Assembly (NCBI GenBank): GCA_964016885.1
Contig: OZ024745.1
Coordinates: 33,232,001-33,296,000 of the forward strand
Source: Eledone cirrhosa
Lineage: Eukaryota
Length of the DNA: 64,000 nt
Direction of reading: 5' to 3'
The notes under the pieces were generated by a model. The model made no database searches and was not told the DNA's origin. It saw only the letters and a list, made by a program, of their open reading frames with translations. Below, piece by piece: positions 62,622-64,000 of the stretch. How positions within the stretch are numbered: position 1 is the stretch's first letter; every line of letters starts with the position of its first letter. The translations under genes and the position numbers were made by a program.

Positions 62622-62657
62622 TCTTCTGATGAAGGACTAGAATCCGAAACGTTAAGA
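62622..62657 (+). ncRNA. minimal hammerhead ribozyme (PLE type); mutated copy at 23346-23381
   Basis: tctt-CTGATGA-a-gga(ctagaa)tcc-GAAACGTT-aaga; loopless palindromic helix III. Confidence 0.65.
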
Positions 62658-63173
62658 CCCTCTTCCTGCTCTATCAAGTGTTAACCTAATATATCCCTTC
62701 CATATACTGTACTGATTGTGTTGTTATTTCTGTTTACCTTATATCATAATCATCAACACCGTTTTACGTCCGTTCTTCCACGCTAGCATGGGTTAGATGG
62801 GTTGTCCTGTTGTGGGCATATGGGTTGTCCTCATATGGGAACTGATTCTGGCTTGATTTCTACAGCTGGATGCCCTTCCTAACACCAACCTCATTTACAG
62901 TGAGTGCTGGGTGCTTTTTTTCCGTGGCGCCTACACATCCACTTTACAGTGTGGGCTGGGTGCTTTTTTGCCGTGGCACCTCCACGACCACTTTGCAGTG
63001 GAATGATATGAACCCCAGTCCCTATCATCTCATTTCTACAGCTGAGTAAACTGGAGCAATGTGAAATAAAGTGTCTTGCTCAAGGAAACAACACATCACC
63101 CGGTCTGAGAATTGAACTCACAACCTTTCGATTGCAAGGCCAATGCTGTAACCACTAAGCCATGTGCCTCCAT

Positions 63174-63283
<110 letters not shown>

Positions 63284-63490
63284 AGTTAGTGGTCTGGTGA
63301 CTGAGCTCACACCATTTCACAGCTTTTTGTCGGAGTGTATAATAATGATTATATAATTATTTATATCATAGACCGATTACATAACATATTGAAACAGATG
63401 TAAGGCTTTCCAGTATTCAATAAACGAGTTATTGAATATCAGCAAACATGGTTTTTTTTTTTATTAACCTGTGCATGTGTGTGAGTGTAA

Positions 63491-63534
<44 letters not shown>

Positions 63535-63616
63535 TATTTTCCGTTTAGGTTATGTAACTGTTATAGAAACACGTGTCAATAAATTCCTTTCAACTAAACT
63601 GTATCCATTCAAATCT

Positions 63617-63619
<3 letters not shown>

Positions 63620-63666
<47 letters not shown>

Positions 63667-63706
63667 TAAAATATATATATAAATAAAATATATAAAATAT
63701 ATATAT

Positions 63707-63759
<53 letters not shown>

Positions 63760-63775
63760 TATATATATATATAAA

Positions 63776-63807
<32 letters not shown>

Positions 63808-63862
63808 TATATATATATATAAAATATATATATATATATATATATAAAATATATATATATAT

Positions 63863-63907
<45 letters not shown>

Positions 63908-63912
63908 TATAT

Positions 63913-63967
<55 letters not shown>

Positions 63968-63988
63968 TATATATAAAACATATATATC
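63620..63988. repeat. (TA)n microsatellite (others at ~25632-25745, ~26405-26730, ~26903-27170, ~52998-53051)
   Basis: direct reading. Confidence 0.97.
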
Positions 63989-64000
63989 ATCATCATCATC

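Overview
AT-rich, microsatellite-dense animal genomic DNA; the repeat families resemble those of octopus/coleoid cephalopods (inference). The window lies inside one large minus-strand gene. I traced 42 phase-compatible exons by hand (61626 down to 3753; 5955 nt, 1985 codons, no stops). They encode a divergent dynein heavy chain from the end of the linker through AAA1-AAA4, the stalk and MTBD to the approach to AAA5. Its main motor site (AAA1) has lost Walker A T/S, Walker B DE, sensor I, sensor II and the AAA2 arginine finger, and AAA4 has no P-loop, so it looks like a pseudo-ATPase dynein. The introns hold RTE, R4-like and Penelope-like retroelements, SINEs, MITEs, Helitrons, LTR elements, a mariner remnant and satellites. 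They also hold about ten hammerhead-ribozyme (HHR) motifs from several unrelated sequence families, often in fold-back palindromes beside (TA)n tracts. All coordinates were counted by hand; repeat boundaries are approximate.
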